Assembly (NCBI GenBank): GCA_963725665.1
Contig: CAVRZA010000004.1
Coordinates: forward strand, 1-64,000
Length of the DNA stretch: 64,000 nt
Direction of reading: 5' to 3'
From: an uncultured Actinomycetes bacterium
GTDB taxonomy: Bacteria; Actinomycetota; Thermoleophilia; UBA2241
The notes beneath the pieces were generated by a model. It saw only the letters and a list, made by a program, of their open reading frames with translations, did no database searches and had not been told where the DNA came from. Position numbers and translations under genes: made by a program. Below, piece after piece: positions 28,221 through 39,346 of this stretch. How positions within the stretch are numbered: the first letter of the stretch is position 1; each line of letters begins with the position of its first letter.

Positions 28221-28901
28221 GTGATGGTCGAGAACGCCAACATCGAGATCGCCAGGCATCTGCACGAGCACGGGACTGAGCACGGGCGGCGTCAAGAGCA
28301 GGTCATCGAGATCGTCGAAGCGGTGCTGCTGGCGATCGTGGCCATCCTTACCGCGTGGAGTGGCTACCAGTCCGCGAAGTGGGACGGGGAGAGCGCCAAG
28401 CTGTACGCGGAGTCCTCGCGGACAAGAGCAGAGAGCGTGCAGCTCTCGCTACAGAGCGGGCAGGTTCTCGTGTACAACGCCGGCACGTTCAACTCGTGGC
28501 TTCAGGCAAGAGTAGGGGGCGACACCGAGCTCGCGGCTTTGCTCGTCAGGCGCATGACACCTGAGTACCGCACCGCCTTCTTCGCCTGGCTCAAGACAGA
28601 TCCCCTGCACAACCCAAGCGCTCCTGCGGGCCCGAGGTACATGCCGGAGTTCAAGGATCCTCTGGCGGCCAAGGCGACCACGTTGAGCGACCAGGCCACC
28701 GAGGAGTTCAACAGCGCCGTCAACGACAGAAGCACGGGCGAACATTTCGTCAGGCTGACCGTCGTCTTCGCCGCGATCTTGTTCCTGATCGCCGTCGGCC
28801 AGCGCTTCAAGGTCAGGAACGTCAGGGTCGCCGTCCTCGGCGTCGCCGGCGCGTTCCTCGTCTACGGGATAGTGGTGCTCGCGAGCTACCCGCAGGCCTG
28901 A
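28221..28901 (+). CDS. Hypothetical membrane protein (DUF4337-like architecture)
   Basis: N-terminal TM (LLAIVAILTAWSGYQ), helical soluble region, two C-terminal TMs. Confidence 0.7.
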   Translation: MMVENANIEIARHLHEHGTEHGRRQEQVIEIVEAVLLAIVAILTAWSGYQSAKWDGESAKLYAESSRTRAESVQLSLQSGQVLVYNAGTFNSWLQARVGGDTELAALLVRRMTPEYRTAFFAWLKTDPLHNPSAPAGPRYMPEFKDPLAAKATTLSDQATEEFNSAVNDRSTGEHFVRLTVVFAAILFLIAVGQRFKVRNVRVAVLGVAGAFLVYGIVVLASYPQA

Positions 28902-28970
28902 GGGCACGGCAGTGCGCCCGGCGGACGGGGTGTGTCTGGGGGGTGGGGGTATAACGCGGTGGCACCGGCA

Positions 28971-30063
28971 GTGACGGAGCCGGAGACCGCGAGGCTCGAG
29001 GACTCGCCGGACCAGGTCCAGTCAACTCGCAAGCGCTCTCTGCGTCGCCTGATACTGACGCGTGCGGTCCTGTTCGGGCTCGCCGCGCGTCGGGTTCTAC
29101 CTCGTCTGGCCGGGACTGCTTGAGATGTTCTCGGCCTGGCCGCAACTGGCGACGCTACAACCGGCGTGGTTCGCCGCAGTGGCGGTCGCGGAGGCGGCGA
29201 GCTTCGTCAGCCTCTGGGGGCTGACGAAGCTCGCCCTCCACGAGAAGAGCTGGTTCACCACCGCCGCCGCGCAGCTCAGCAGCACGGCCGTGAGCCGCGT
29301 CATGCCGGGAGGCGCAGCCGCCGGCGGCGCCGTGCAGTACAGGATGATGGTCGAGGCCGGTGGCGACCCGGGACGGGTCGCCACCGGCCTCACCGCGACA
29401 TCGTTACTGCTGCTGGCCACGCTGGTCGCGCTGCCGGTGCTCAGCCTGCCGGCGATCCTCAGCGGCGTGCAGGTCGATCGGGGCCTCGTGCAGGCCGCCA
29501 TCATCGGCGGTCTCGTCTTCGTCGTGACCGCCGCCCTCGGCGGCCTGCTGCTCACGACCGACCGTCCGTTGCGAGCCGTGGCCCGCGTCGCGCAGCGCGT
29601 GCTCAACCGGCTGCGCCGCCACTCACCGCCGACCGAAGATCTTCCCGATCGGCTCGTGGAGCAGCGCGACCTCATCCGCGATGTCCTGGGGGATCACTGG
29701 AAGGCGGCCGTGCTCTACGCTGTGGGCAACAAGCTCCTCGACTTCGGCGCGCTGCTCGCCGCGCTGGCCGCGGTCGGGAGCACGCCTCGTCCGAGCCTCG
29801 TGCTTCTCGCCTACGTGGTGGCCGCCGTGCTGGGGATGATCCCCATCACGCCCGGCGGCCTCGGCTTCGTCGAGGCCGGCCTTGTGGCCACGCTCGGGCT
29901 TGCGGGAGTCTCGGGAGGCGACGCCGTGCTCGCGGTCCTCGCCTATCGTCTCGTGGCCTTCTGGCTTCCCCTGCCGATCGGGGGATTCGCCTACCTGCTT
30001 CTCAGGCGCAGGCTCTCTCGCACCCCCGAGGAGCATGCCGACGCCAACGGGGCGAGGGTCTGA
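28971..30063 (+). CDS. Lysylphosphatidylglycerol synthase TM / flippase-like (UPF0104) protein, frameshift near 29085
   Basis: PGGAAAGG, IPITPGGLGFVEAGL, AYRLVAFWLP; the N-terminus is in a different frame. Confidence 0.82.
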
Positions 30064-30286
30064 GGGGTCCGCCGCACCCGACACCCGGTAGGCGGCCGCA
30101 CCGGCTCGGCTGCTCCTGCAGCAGAGCCCGCCCCGGCAGTCGACCGCGTATCAGCTGGACGCGCCTGCAGGAGAGCGTGCCCCTGAGACTGAACTATAGG
30201 ACGCTCCCACGGGGCATGGGAGCGCCTCTTCGGGGCGCCGGGTACACTCTGGGGCATCGGCGGAATCGCGTCACGCCGGAAAGGCC

Positions 30287-31453
30287 GTGGCGTGGAAGGA
30301 TCAAGACCAGTCGGAGAGCGGACAGCCCGTCTCGGGCGGAGGCCCCGCCGACGTCGCAGGACTCAGGTCGCCTGTCGTCCAGCTGGCGGCTGCTTGTCGG
30401 CATTGCTGCGGCCGCAGTCGTCTTGCTCTCCATGCACGCCGCAGCCGAGGTCATCGTGCCGCTGCTGCTCGCGCTCGTTATCACCATGGCGGTTTCGCCG
30501 CTGCTCAGACTCCTGATCCGCCACCACGTCCCGCGGTGGCTGGCCTGGCTGCTGACGCGTCATCGTGACGGTCGCCGTGGTCGTCTTCGTGGTCGTCCTG
30601 GGGTTCGTCGGCGTCGCGCGACTCATCGCCACGATCCCCTGTATCGCGAGAACTTCGCCGCCCGGATGCAGGACCTGACTGGGACGGTCGGCAAGACCGG
30701 GATCGACATTTCCGGGCGTCAACGGGGCCGCGATGCCATCTCGGCGCCGACCGGGTGACTAGCCTGGCCGTCACCCTCCTGCATCACGCCGAAGGCCGCT
30801 CTCAAGCTCACATCGCTGACGCTGCTGGTCGTCTTCTTCATGCTCTGGGAGGCGACGACCATCAGCATCAAGTTCTCGCAGACTCCGCCGCAGATCAGCC
30901 CCACGCTGGCGCGGCTCGAGAACTACTCCCGCGACATGCGCGCTTTTGTGCAGGCCACGGCCATCAGCGGCCTCGTGGCCGGCGTCGCCGTCGGCATCTT
31001 CCTCTGGTTGCTCGGCGTCGACTTCCCCGTGCTCTGGGCGACGCTGGCCTTCGTGCTGAGCTTCATCCCGACGCTCGGGCCCATAATCGCCATGGTCCCG
31101 CCGGCGTTTCTCGCTCTCCTCGAGATGGGGTGGAGCCAGGCGCTGCTCGTCATTCTGGGGTTCATCCTCATCTACGCGGTCGTCGGCAACCTCATCGGAC
31201 GCCGGTTGATCGCACACCGCACGGACTTGTCCTTGGTCGTCGTCATCGTGTCGGTGGTCGTCTGGGGCTGGGTCCTGGGACTCCTCGGCGGGCTTCTGGC
31301 GATCCCCATGACGCTTCTCGTGCGGCGTCTGTTCGTGGAAGCCCTACGAGGAATCTCGCTGGGTCACCGGCCTGCTCGGCATTCCGCGGCGTGAAGGGGA
31401 GGGCGGCGGTGGGACTCCAGCGGACGACCCCGGGGACGTTCCGGACGCATTGA
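30287..31453 (+). pseudogene. AI-2E family transporter, multiple frameshifts (boundaries approximate)
   Basis: Fragments IVPLLLALVITMAVSPL and GVDFPVLWATLAFVLSFIPTLGP..WGWVLGLLGGLLAIPMT lie in different frames. Confidence 0.75.
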
Positions 31454-31529
31454 GCTGACCCGCCGGCGGACGTCGTGCTCATGGCGCAGACTGTGAACAG
31501 CGGCGCGACCGCGCCGCCTATCACCAGCC

Positions 31530-31721
31530 TCAGCCGTAGCTGGTGCTGCACTGAGAAGCCGTCGCGGGTCCCTGACGCAGGTAGTTCCAGAACCGCTGAC
31601 GCACGTTGCGTGAGTCGCAGGCTGCGCACGTGATCCCTTCCTCCTTCAGAGGCTCGTCCGAAGAGATCGTGAACACCTGGCTGCAGTCGCGACAGACGAA
31701 GGCGAAATCGTAGCGTGCCAT
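31530..31721 (-). CDS. FmdB-family zinc-ribbon small protein
   Basis: MARYDFAFVCRDC..ITCAACDS with two CxxC pairs; GGGGAG RBS. Confidence 0.75.
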   Translation of the reverse strand: MARYDFAFVCRDCSQVFTISSDEPLKEEGITCAACDSRNVRQRFWNYLRQGPATASQCSTSYG

Positions 31722-31791
31722 GACTCCCCTGTTCTGCCGTTAGGTCTCAAGCCTGTCGGCTCCGCGCCGTCAGGGACGGACTCTCGTGTAG

Positions 31792-31809
31792 TATACCCCT
31801 ATGGGTATA
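31792..31809. promoter_or_regulatory. CsoR/RcnR-family-like operator palindrome
   Basis: TATACCC-CTAT-GGGTATA, directly abutting a minus-strand TTGACA at 31810-31815. Confidence 0.6.
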
Positions 31810-32004
31810 TGTCAAGCTACTGCGGGCCCCGAACTCAACCAGCGCGCTGGGGCGCTACGTCCTGCGGTCAGTGACACGCGACGGCGTGAGTATCTTGCTG
31901 GTCCGCGACGAGTGTCGCTCCGACGAGCGTTGGTGCTAGGCTCTCCGGGTCATTGGTCCGCGGGCGCCCGGTTGCTGGGCGAGTCACGAACGAGAGGATG
32001 AGGC

Positions 32005-32512
32005 ATGACTGAGAACGGGCTCTACCTCTATCTGGGCGTCTATCCGACGGCGGAGGCCGGCACAGGCTGACTACGAAGACCTCGTGAAGCTGCACCATGA
32101 GGGGCTCATCGGTACCTACGACGCCGCGGTCGTCACCAAGGACGCCGAGGGCAAGGTGCACGTGAACAAGCACGAGAAGCCGACGCAGCATGCCGCCTGG
32201 AGCGGCATCGGCGTCGGCGCCGTCCTCGGCGTGCTCTTTCCGCCCTCGATCATCGCCACCGCCGTGGTCGGCGGCGTCGCCGGCGGGCTGGTCGGCCACG
32301 TCAGGAAGGGCATGTCACGAGCCGACGTCAAGGAGCTCGGCGAGGCCCTGGACGAAGGCCAGGCGGCGCTGCTCGTGGTCGCGCCGCCCGAAGTCGAGGA
32401 GCAGGCGGAGCGGATCCTCTCGCGCTCGCGGCAGAGAGTCGTAAAGCAGCTCGACGTCGATCACCACCAGTTCGCCGAGGCGCTCGCGGAGGCCGAGAAG
32501 CAGCAGGGCTGA
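32005..32512 (+). CDS. DUF1269 domain protein, frameshift near 32060
   Basis: MTENGLYLYLGVY joins, after a frameshift, ADYEDLVKLH..YDAAVVTKDAEGKV..GIGVGAVLGVLFPP. Confidence 0.78.
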
Positions 32513-32655
32513 AAGGCGCGTGCTGGGTCAAGACCGCTGCTTGCGCCCTCAGGCGGAGTCGAGCAGCCGCGGCCCGGCGTTCCTCGTGGAAGTCTGTCTC
32601 GCATCGTCATCCGTCAGCCACCCGCGGCGTCCTTCTACGGGGCGATGCTGTGGGG

Positions 32656-32700
32656 TATACTGAAGTAGTCACCAATGACTGGAGAAAGTAGTCACAATGA
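32656..32700 (+). promoter_or_regulatory. Putative TA promoter and autoregulatory operator
   Basis: -10 TATACT (32656-61), then direct repeats AAGTAGTCAC (32663, 32686), each followed by ATGAC to form GTCA..TGAC palindromes. Confidence 0.55.
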
Positions 32701-32957
32701 CAAGCGTCGGGATCAAGGAGCTCAAAGCCCATCTCAGTCACTACGTCCGCCTCGCCGCTGGCGGTGAGAAGGTCCTGGTCACCGATCGAGGACGCGAGGT
32801 TGCCGTGATCTCCTCAGCGGACACGAGTCTGGGAGGCCTGCGCGCGCTGATGGACAGCGGCCGGGTCAAGTGGTCGGGCGGCAAACCGAAGGGGGGACGC
32901 GGCGTGCGGGCCAGGGGTGAGCCGGTCGCCAAGACCGTCCTTGACATGCGCGGGTGA
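32697..32957 (+). CDS. vapB: Phd/YefM-family antitoxin
   Basis: VGIKELKAHLSHYVR..GEKVLVTDRGREVAVI; GTGA overlap with the PIN gene. Confidence 0.88.
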   Translation: MTSVGIKELKAHLSHYVRLAAGGEKVLVTDRGREVAVISSADTSLGGLRALMDSGRVKWSGGKPKGGRGVRARGEPVAKTVLDMRG

Positions 32958-33376
32958 TCCTCTATCTCGACACGAGCAGCCTGCTCAAGCACTATCTCGA
33001 CGAAGAGCACTCAGACGACGTGCGGGCGTGGACGCAGGCGGCGGACGCGGTCGCGACGTCCCGGGTCTCCCTGCCTGAGGCCGCAGCAGCGCTGACGCGG
33101 CGTCGCCACCGCGGCGATCTCGGCAAGGCTGAGTTCGAGGACGTCCTCGCGTGCATGAGGGCCGACTGGCCTCAGTACGTCAGGGTCGACATCGATGAGC
33201 TGCGAGCTGCCGATGTGGCTGTGCGCCGCGGCCTGCGCGGTTTCGACGCCGTGCAGCTGGCTGCGGCGCTGACGCTGGTCGCGGCGACCGGGCCTGAGCA
33301 ACTCGCCTTCAGCTCGTTCGACGCCGCCCTCAACAGTGCGGCACGTCGTGAGGGAGTGCTAGTGGTAGAGCCATAG
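32954..33376 (+). CDS. vapC: PIN-domain ribonuclease toxin
   Basis: YLDTSSLLK..E..LRGFDAVQLAAA..FSSFD acidic PIN residues. Confidence 0.9.
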   Translation: MILYLDTSSLLKHYLDEEHSDDVRAWTQAADAVATSRVSLPEAAAALTRRRHRGDLGKAEFEDVLACMRADWPQYVRVDIDELRAADVAVRRGLRGFDAVQLAAALTLVAATGPEQLAFSSFDAALNSAARREGVLVVEP

Positions 33377-33474
33377 GCAGCCCGAGGTCCGCGTCCTCCG
33401 GGGGGATTTAGTTGCGCTTCGCCTCCGCAATCGCGTTGGCGGTCTGCCCTTGGCGCGTCGTTCGGAACGAGTCG

Positions 33475-34236
33475 TCACCCCAGGATCAGCCGTTGCGGGT
33501 CGACCTCGGTGCGCAGGATCTCGAGCTCGCGCGCGGTGGGAGGCTCCGCCTCGACCGCGCGCGAGACGTCGAGCGCGAAGCCCGTGTTCTCGACGATCTC
33601 CTCGACCGCGACGCCGGGGTAGCGCTCGGCGAGGTACATCTCCTTCGTCTCATCGTCGAACTTCAGGACGCAGAGGTTGGTGACGACGGCGATCGGCCCG
33701 CCGCGCCGGTAGCCGGCGCGGCGCCGCGAGTCGCCGCCGTCGAGCCAGCCGGGCGTCGTCAGGTAGTCCAGCTTCTCCACGAACTTCTGCCTGCCGTGCT
33801 GCATGAAGACGATGTAGCCGCTCGCCAGCGAGCCCGCGTCGCAGGCGCCGCCGCTGCCCGAGAAACGCACCGTGGGGTGGTGGTAGTCGCCGATGACGGT
33901 CGAGTTCATGTTGCCGTAGCTGTCGATCTGCGCCGCGCCGAGGAAGGCGATGGTGTGCAGGCGGCGGTTGGCGACGTAGGAGAAGGCCTCGATGAGGCCG
34001 GCGTTCAGGTTCGCGTAGGCCATCACGCGCGTGTCGGAAACGGCCATCGGCAGCTCGTCGAGCTGCGGTCCGATGCCGCCGGTCTCGAAGAAGACCGTGG
34101 CGTGCGGGGCGTGGATGCGCTTGGCGACCGTGGCCGCCAGCATGGCGACGCCGGTGCCGGCGAAGAGCACGTCGCCGTCGTTGATGAAGCGGCCGGCGGC
34201 GATGGCCATCATCTCGCGCGGAGTGTAGGCGCTCAT
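33475..34236 (-). CDS. Family I CoA-transferase subunit B (glutaconate CoA-transferase GctB-like)
   Basis: FAGTG, FFETGG (candidate catalytic Glu), FLGAAQIDSYGNMNST, SGSGGACD. Confidence 0.88.
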   Translation of the reverse strand: MSAYTPREMMAIAAGRFINDGDVLFAGTGVAMLAATVAKRIHAPHATVFFETGGIGPQLDELPMAVSDTRVMAYANLNAGLIEAFSYVANRRLHTIAFLGAAQIDSYGNMNSTVIGDYHHPTVRFSGSGGACDAGSLASGYIVFMQHGRQKFVEKLDYLTTPGWLDGGDSRRRAGYRRGGPIAVVTNLCVLKFDDETKEMYLAERYPGVAVEEIVENTGFALDVSRAVEAEPPTARELEILRTEVDPQRLILG

Positions 34237-34240
34237 GCCC

Positions 34241-35215
34241 TCACCTCCGGTCGAGACCGGGCGCGTAGCCGGCCACGGTGTTGGCCCTGATGCGCGCGAG
34301 CTGAGCGCCGCCGACCTTGTCGAGGTAGTCGTCGCGGCTGTTTACGCTGTAGATCCACTCCTCGAGATAGGCGGCCCACTGCTCGTCGTCCTGGGCCGCC
34401 TTCTTGTAGAGGTTCAGGTGCGCCGGGTCGTAGTCGTAGAAGTAGGGGCAGGCGGTCGGGTGCGCGCCGTAGGGCACGCACACGACCGCGTCGACGAGGA
34501 ACGGCGGCAGCGCGTTCTGGTCGGGGTCGAGGCGCAGGTACTGCTCGGGCACGATCTCCTCGCACGAGACGATCACGGCGCTGGCGGCCTTCGACTGTTC
34601 GAGGTCGGCGAAGGTGAGGCCCTTGACGCGCACCGTGCCGTCCGTCGAGACCTGCTGAGCGTGGATGAGCGACACGTCTGGCTGCAGCGCGGGGAGGAGG
34701 ACGACCTCGTCGTCGGGGTTGCCGAACGGGTCGTCGATGACGATCGCCTTCTTGCGCGCCACGCCGTCCTCGCCGCGGATCTCGGGCGAGAAGCCCTCCT
34801 GGTTGAGCACGTCGGTGCCCAGGCCGGACTTGCTGGGGATGAAGGGCACGTTCAGCGAGCCGGCGAGGAAGCGCAGACTCATCTGGTTGTTGGTGTAGTC
34901 CTCGACCTCGACCTCGCCCCGCTCCACGGCCTTGCGGAAGCGCACGCACGTGGGCGCGAAGCGTCCGTTGCCGCCGTACGCGATCTCGATGCGGCGCACG
35001 CAGCCGGCGCCGACGAGCACGTCGAGCGCCTGTCCGTTGGAGTGCGCCACGAGGTGCAGGTCGGTGATGCGCTGGCGTGCGATCTCGTAGACGAGGGCCA
35101 TCGGGTTGCGGTTGATGGTGAAGCCGCCGAGCGCGATCTGTGCGCCGCTTCTGACGAAGCGGCGCACCGCCTCGCTCGGCGTCATGAGCTTGTCGAGCAC
35201 GGGTTCGGGGCTCAC
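34241..35215 (-). CDS. Family I CoA-transferase subunit A (GctA-like)
   Basis: ALGGFTINRNPMALV, PDVSLIHAQ..DGTV, PYGAHPTAC..YDYD. Confidence 0.88.
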   Translation of the reverse strand: MSPEPVLDKLMTPSEAVRRFVRSGAQIALGGFTINRNPMALVYEIARQRITDLHLVAHSNGQALDVLVGAGCVRRIEIAYGGNGRFAPTCVRFRKAVERGEVEVEDYTNNQMSLRFLAGSLNVPFIPSKSGLGTDVLNQEGFSPEIRGEDGVARKKAIVIDDPFGNPDDEVVLLPALQPDVSLIHAQQVSTDGTVRVKGLTFADLEQSKAASAVIVSCEEIVPEQYLRLDPDQNALPPFLVDAVVCVPYGAHPTACPYFYDYDPAHLNLYKKAAQDDEQWAAYLEEWIYSVNSRDDYLDKVGGAQLARIRANTVAGYAPGLDRR

Positions 35216-35337
35216 GATCCTTCCCCCCGATCTGACGCCCAAGTCCTCGTCATGGATGCTGGCTGCGTTACCTCTCCCATCGCGTCCCTCCCTCTAAGAC
35301 GACGACTGCGCACGAACGGCGCACGCAGAGGTGGCGA

Positions 35338-35448
35338 CCTCCCAGAAGCGACGAAAGCCTCCAGGAACGGCGCGTCCGCGCGCCACCGCTGGAGGCTCGC
35401 AGCCGCTGTGGCCGGCACGTCGGTGTCGGCCGAGGCCGCGGGTGCAGC
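35338..35448 (-). ncRNA. Putative cis-regulatory leader RNA / attenuator, copy 1 (CoA-transferase operon)
   Basis: TATCAT -10, 6 nt, GCTGCAC..CGCGGC/GCTGCG stem..GAGCCTCCAG-loop-CTGGAGGCTT-TCGTCGCTTCT; matches the element at 39130-39237. Confidence 0.6.
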
Positions 35449-35483
35449 GCGGCAATGATACTCCCTTTGCTAGACTACGCGCC

Positions 35484-35876
35484 ATGAACAGCTTTCTGTT
35501 CTCCGGCTACGCGCGGTTGCCGCAGGATGTCTCTCACCAGGCTCTCTACAAGCGCGTCGGGGTCGTCGTCGAGGTCGACCAGAAGGGGCGCATCATCCAC
35601 TGTTCGTGCACCCTCATCATGGACCTCGCGCGCGACTTCCTGAATCGCCTGCTCGCGGGCCGTTCGGTGATCACTGAGCGCGACGTGATCGAGAGCGAGC
35701 TGCGCTACCGCTACCGCGGACACTCGCAGAGCGCCCTTATCTTCGCCTTGCGCAAGGTCTTCGAGGCCGTCGACCAGTCGCCGCTCGTGCTCGGCGAGGC
35801 CGCCGACGGGGCCGAGGGCGACCAGAACAGCCGGTCGTCTCGCGGTGTGCAGGCCAGCCAGCAGGCGCCCGCCTAG
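35484..35876 (+). CDS. DUF3870-like protein
   Basis: FSGYARLPQ..VGVVVEVD..GRIIHCSCTL pattern; TAGACT 7 nt before the ATG and no SD, so possibly leaderless. Confidence 0.72.
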   Translation: MNSFLFSGYARLPQDVSHQALYKRVGVVVEVDQKGRIIHCSCTLIMDLARDFLNRLLAGRSVITERDVIESELRYRYRGHSQSALIFALRKVFEAVDQSPLVLGEAADGAEGDQNSRSSRGVQASQQAPA

Positions 35877-36078
35877 AGACCGACCGCGCTCACCCGTTTT
35901 GCTCGCCAGCTTGAGCTCTTGGTCGTCGTCCTGCCTAGTGCTCCGAGCCACCGCGGCGCAGTGCTTGCCGGCTTCTGCACCCGAGCGGCGCACGACGACC
36001 TCCCGGCTGTCGACGTCGTCCCCAGGGCCACCTCGTACGGCTCCTTGTCTTCGCACACTGGGCAGGGCTTACCCGTTG

Positions 36079-36136
36079 TTGACAGGGACGCGAACCGCCA
36101 CATAGGGTAGATTCTCATTAAAGCGCATAGAAATTA
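36079..36136 (+). promoter_or_regulatory. cysK promoter with downstream AT-rich imperfect palindrome (possible Rrf2/CymR-type site)
   Basis: TTGACA-N18-TAGGGT, then ATTCTCAT-TAAAGCGC-ATAGAAATT. Confidence 0.5.
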
Positions 36137-36210
36137 TCATGAATCGCCCTCGGATTGGGAAGACTGTGGCTGCATCACCTGCCACGGGTCAACGACAAGG
36201 ACAGGAGAGC

Positions 36211-37158
36211 ATGGCCATCGCGGACAACATCTCGGATCTGATAGGTAGCACGCCACTCGTGCGCCTGCGGCGGGCGTCGGAGGAGACGGGTGCGATGATC
36301 GTCGGCAAGCTGGAGTCGTTCAATCCCGGTGGGAGCGTGAAGGACAGGATCGGCCTGTCGATGATCGACGCCGCCGAGAAGGCCGGGGTCATCACGCCGG
36401 GCAAGACGACGCTCATCGAGCCGACTAGCGGCAACACCGGCATCGCGCTGGCCATGGTGGCCGCTGCACGTGGCTACCACCTGGTGTTGACCATGCCCGA
36501 GACCATGTCCATCGAGCGTCGCAGCCTTCTCAAGGCCTACGGCGCCGCGCTCATCCTCACCCCCGGCGCGCAGGGGATGAAAGGGGCCATTGCGAAGGCC
36601 GATGAGCTGCTGGCAGAGACGCCGGACTCGTTCGTGCCGCAACAGTTCGAAAACCCGGCCAACCCTGAGGTGCACCGTCAGACGACAGCGGAGGAGGTCT
36701 GGCGGGATACCGACGGCAAGGTCGACATCTTCGTCGCTGCTGTCGGGACGGGAGGCACGATCACGGGTGTAGGTGAGGTCATCAAGGCGCGCAAGCCGGG
36801 CTTCTTGGTCATAGCCGCCGAGCCCGACGCGTCGCCTGTGCTCTCCGGTGGGGAGCCCGGGCCGCACAAGATCCAGGGGACCGGAGCCGGCTTCGTGCCC
36901 AAGGTCCTCAACACCGACATCTACGACGAGATCATCCGCGTGCCCAACGAGGTCGCCTTCGAGACGGCGCGCAGGTTGGCTACCGAGGAAGGCATCCTCG
37001 TCGGCATCTCCGCCGGGGCCAACGTGTGGGCGGCCACACAGGTGGGCCTGCGCTCCGAGCACGAGGGCAAGCTGATCGTGACCGTTCTCTGCGATACCGG
37101 GGAGCGCTACCTATCCACCCCGCTGTTCACAGAGCCCGAGGAGACGGCCAGCCCGTAG
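36211..37158 (+). CDS. cysK: Cysteine synthase A (O-acetylserine sulfhydrylase)
   Basis: [19 protein letters not shown] lysine, [26 protein letters not shown]; AGGAG RBS. Confidence 0.95.
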   Translation: MAIADNISDLIGSTPLVRLRRASEETGAMIVGKLESFNPGGSVKDRIGLSMIDAAEKAGVITPGKTTLIEPTSGNTGIALAMVAAARGYHLVLTMPETMSIERRSLLKAYGAALILTPGAQGMKGAIAKADELLAETPDSFVPQQFENPANPEVHRQTTAEEVWRDTDGKVDIFVAAVGTGGTITGVGEVIKARKPGFLVIAAEPDASPVLSGGEPGPHKIQGTGAGFVPKVLNTDIYDEIIRVPNEVAFETARRLATEEGILVGISAGANVWAATQVGLRSEHEGKLIVTVLCDTGERYLSTPLFTEPEETASP

Positions 37159-37236
37159 GGACGGTGGTCAGGGCCGCGCTGTCGGCGCCACGATTGCGGG
37201 GGTGCTGGCCGACTGGCTAAGGTCGCCAGCAGCAGA

Positions 37237-38672
<1,436 letters not shown>

Positions 38673-38762
38673 GCGCCAAGCATACGTGAACGGGAAACGG
38701 TTGCGGGAACGAGGCTCGCCGGGCAAGAGGACTCTCATCCGTAGTACTGGCAAGGGAGTCTC

Positions 38763-39062
38763 CATGTCCGCGATCAGCGCACCCCGCGCCGACCTCTCAG
38801 GGTACGTCGCGCGCGCGGCTACAACCTCATGGCCGTCGCACTCCTCTTCCTCGGCGCCCTCGCCGTAGCCGCGGTGGTCCTGCAGGTGATCGGCGTCATC
38901 GCGGAACGGTCCGACTCGGCGGAGCCGCGCGACAACATCGGCGGCATGATCCTGTACGTGCCGCTGCTGGTATTCCTCCTCATGCAGTACTCGCGCACGC
39001 GCGACATACTCGATCGGGCGGAGGTCGAGGAAGGCCGGCTGATCCAGTTCCCAGCCGCCTGA
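38763..39062 (+). CDS. Small two-TM hypothetical protein (probable frameshift near 38815; alternative start 38829)
   Basis: AAGGGAG RBS before ATG 38763; hydrophobic ORF 38829-39062. Confidence 0.55.
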   Translation, partial: HVRDQRTPRRPLRVRRARGYNLMAVALLFLGALAVAAVVLQVIGVIAERSDSAEPRDNIGGMILYVPLLVFLLMQYSRTRDILDRAEVEEGRLIQFPAA

Positions 39063-39073
39063 GCGGGGGATGC

Positions 39074-39110
39074 GCGGGCGGCGGCGCGCATCTTGCGCGC
39101 CGCCGCCCGC
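39074..39110 (+). terminator. GC-rich hairpin downstream of the small membrane gene
   Basis: Perfect 17-bp inverted repeat GCGGGCGGCGGCGCGCA-TCT-TGCGCGCCGCCGCCCGC. Confidence 0.65.
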
Positions 39111-39129
39111 CTTACGATAGAATGCAACC

Positions 39130-39237
39130 GCTGCACGAATAGCTTGGTCCGCGGTACCGTCTCTGCCGCTCCGTCTTCGGCTATGAGCCTCCAGCAAGCG
39201 CAGAAGCGTGCCCTGGAGGCTTCGTCTTTTCTTGGGG
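39130..39237 (+). ncRNA. Putative cis-regulatory leader RNA / attenuator, copy 2 (acyl-CoA dehydrogenase-fix operon)
   Basis: TAGAAT -10, 6 nt, GCTGCAC..ATAGC/GCTAT stem..GAGCCTCCAG-loop-CTGGAGGCTT-CGTCTTTTCTT. Confidence 0.62.
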
Positions 39238-39346
39238 CAACGACCGGGACCGCTCCGCCGCGGGCGGTCTTTCGCGAGCGGCCAGCGCGCCTGCCGGCGC
39301 GCGCCGCTCGCCAACGCATAGGGTGTCTCGGCGAGAGAGGAGCAGC

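Noticed and set aside
35873-36118. 81-aa minus-strand ORF with CPVC (possible zinc finger)
   Set aside because: Only one CxxC, no RBS, overlaps the cysK promoter, and no recognisable family
38692-38704. LacI-like box GGAAACGGTTGC upstream of the aminotransferase
   Set aside because: A short degenerate match with no LacI gene in the window; could be chance
39130-39237. Leader as a T-box, c-di-GMP-I or ykkC riboswitch
   Set aside because: It lacks the T-box GGTGGnACC bulge and specifier stem, the c-di-GMP GAAA tetraloop/receptor, and the ykkC core, and it is too short for a T-box
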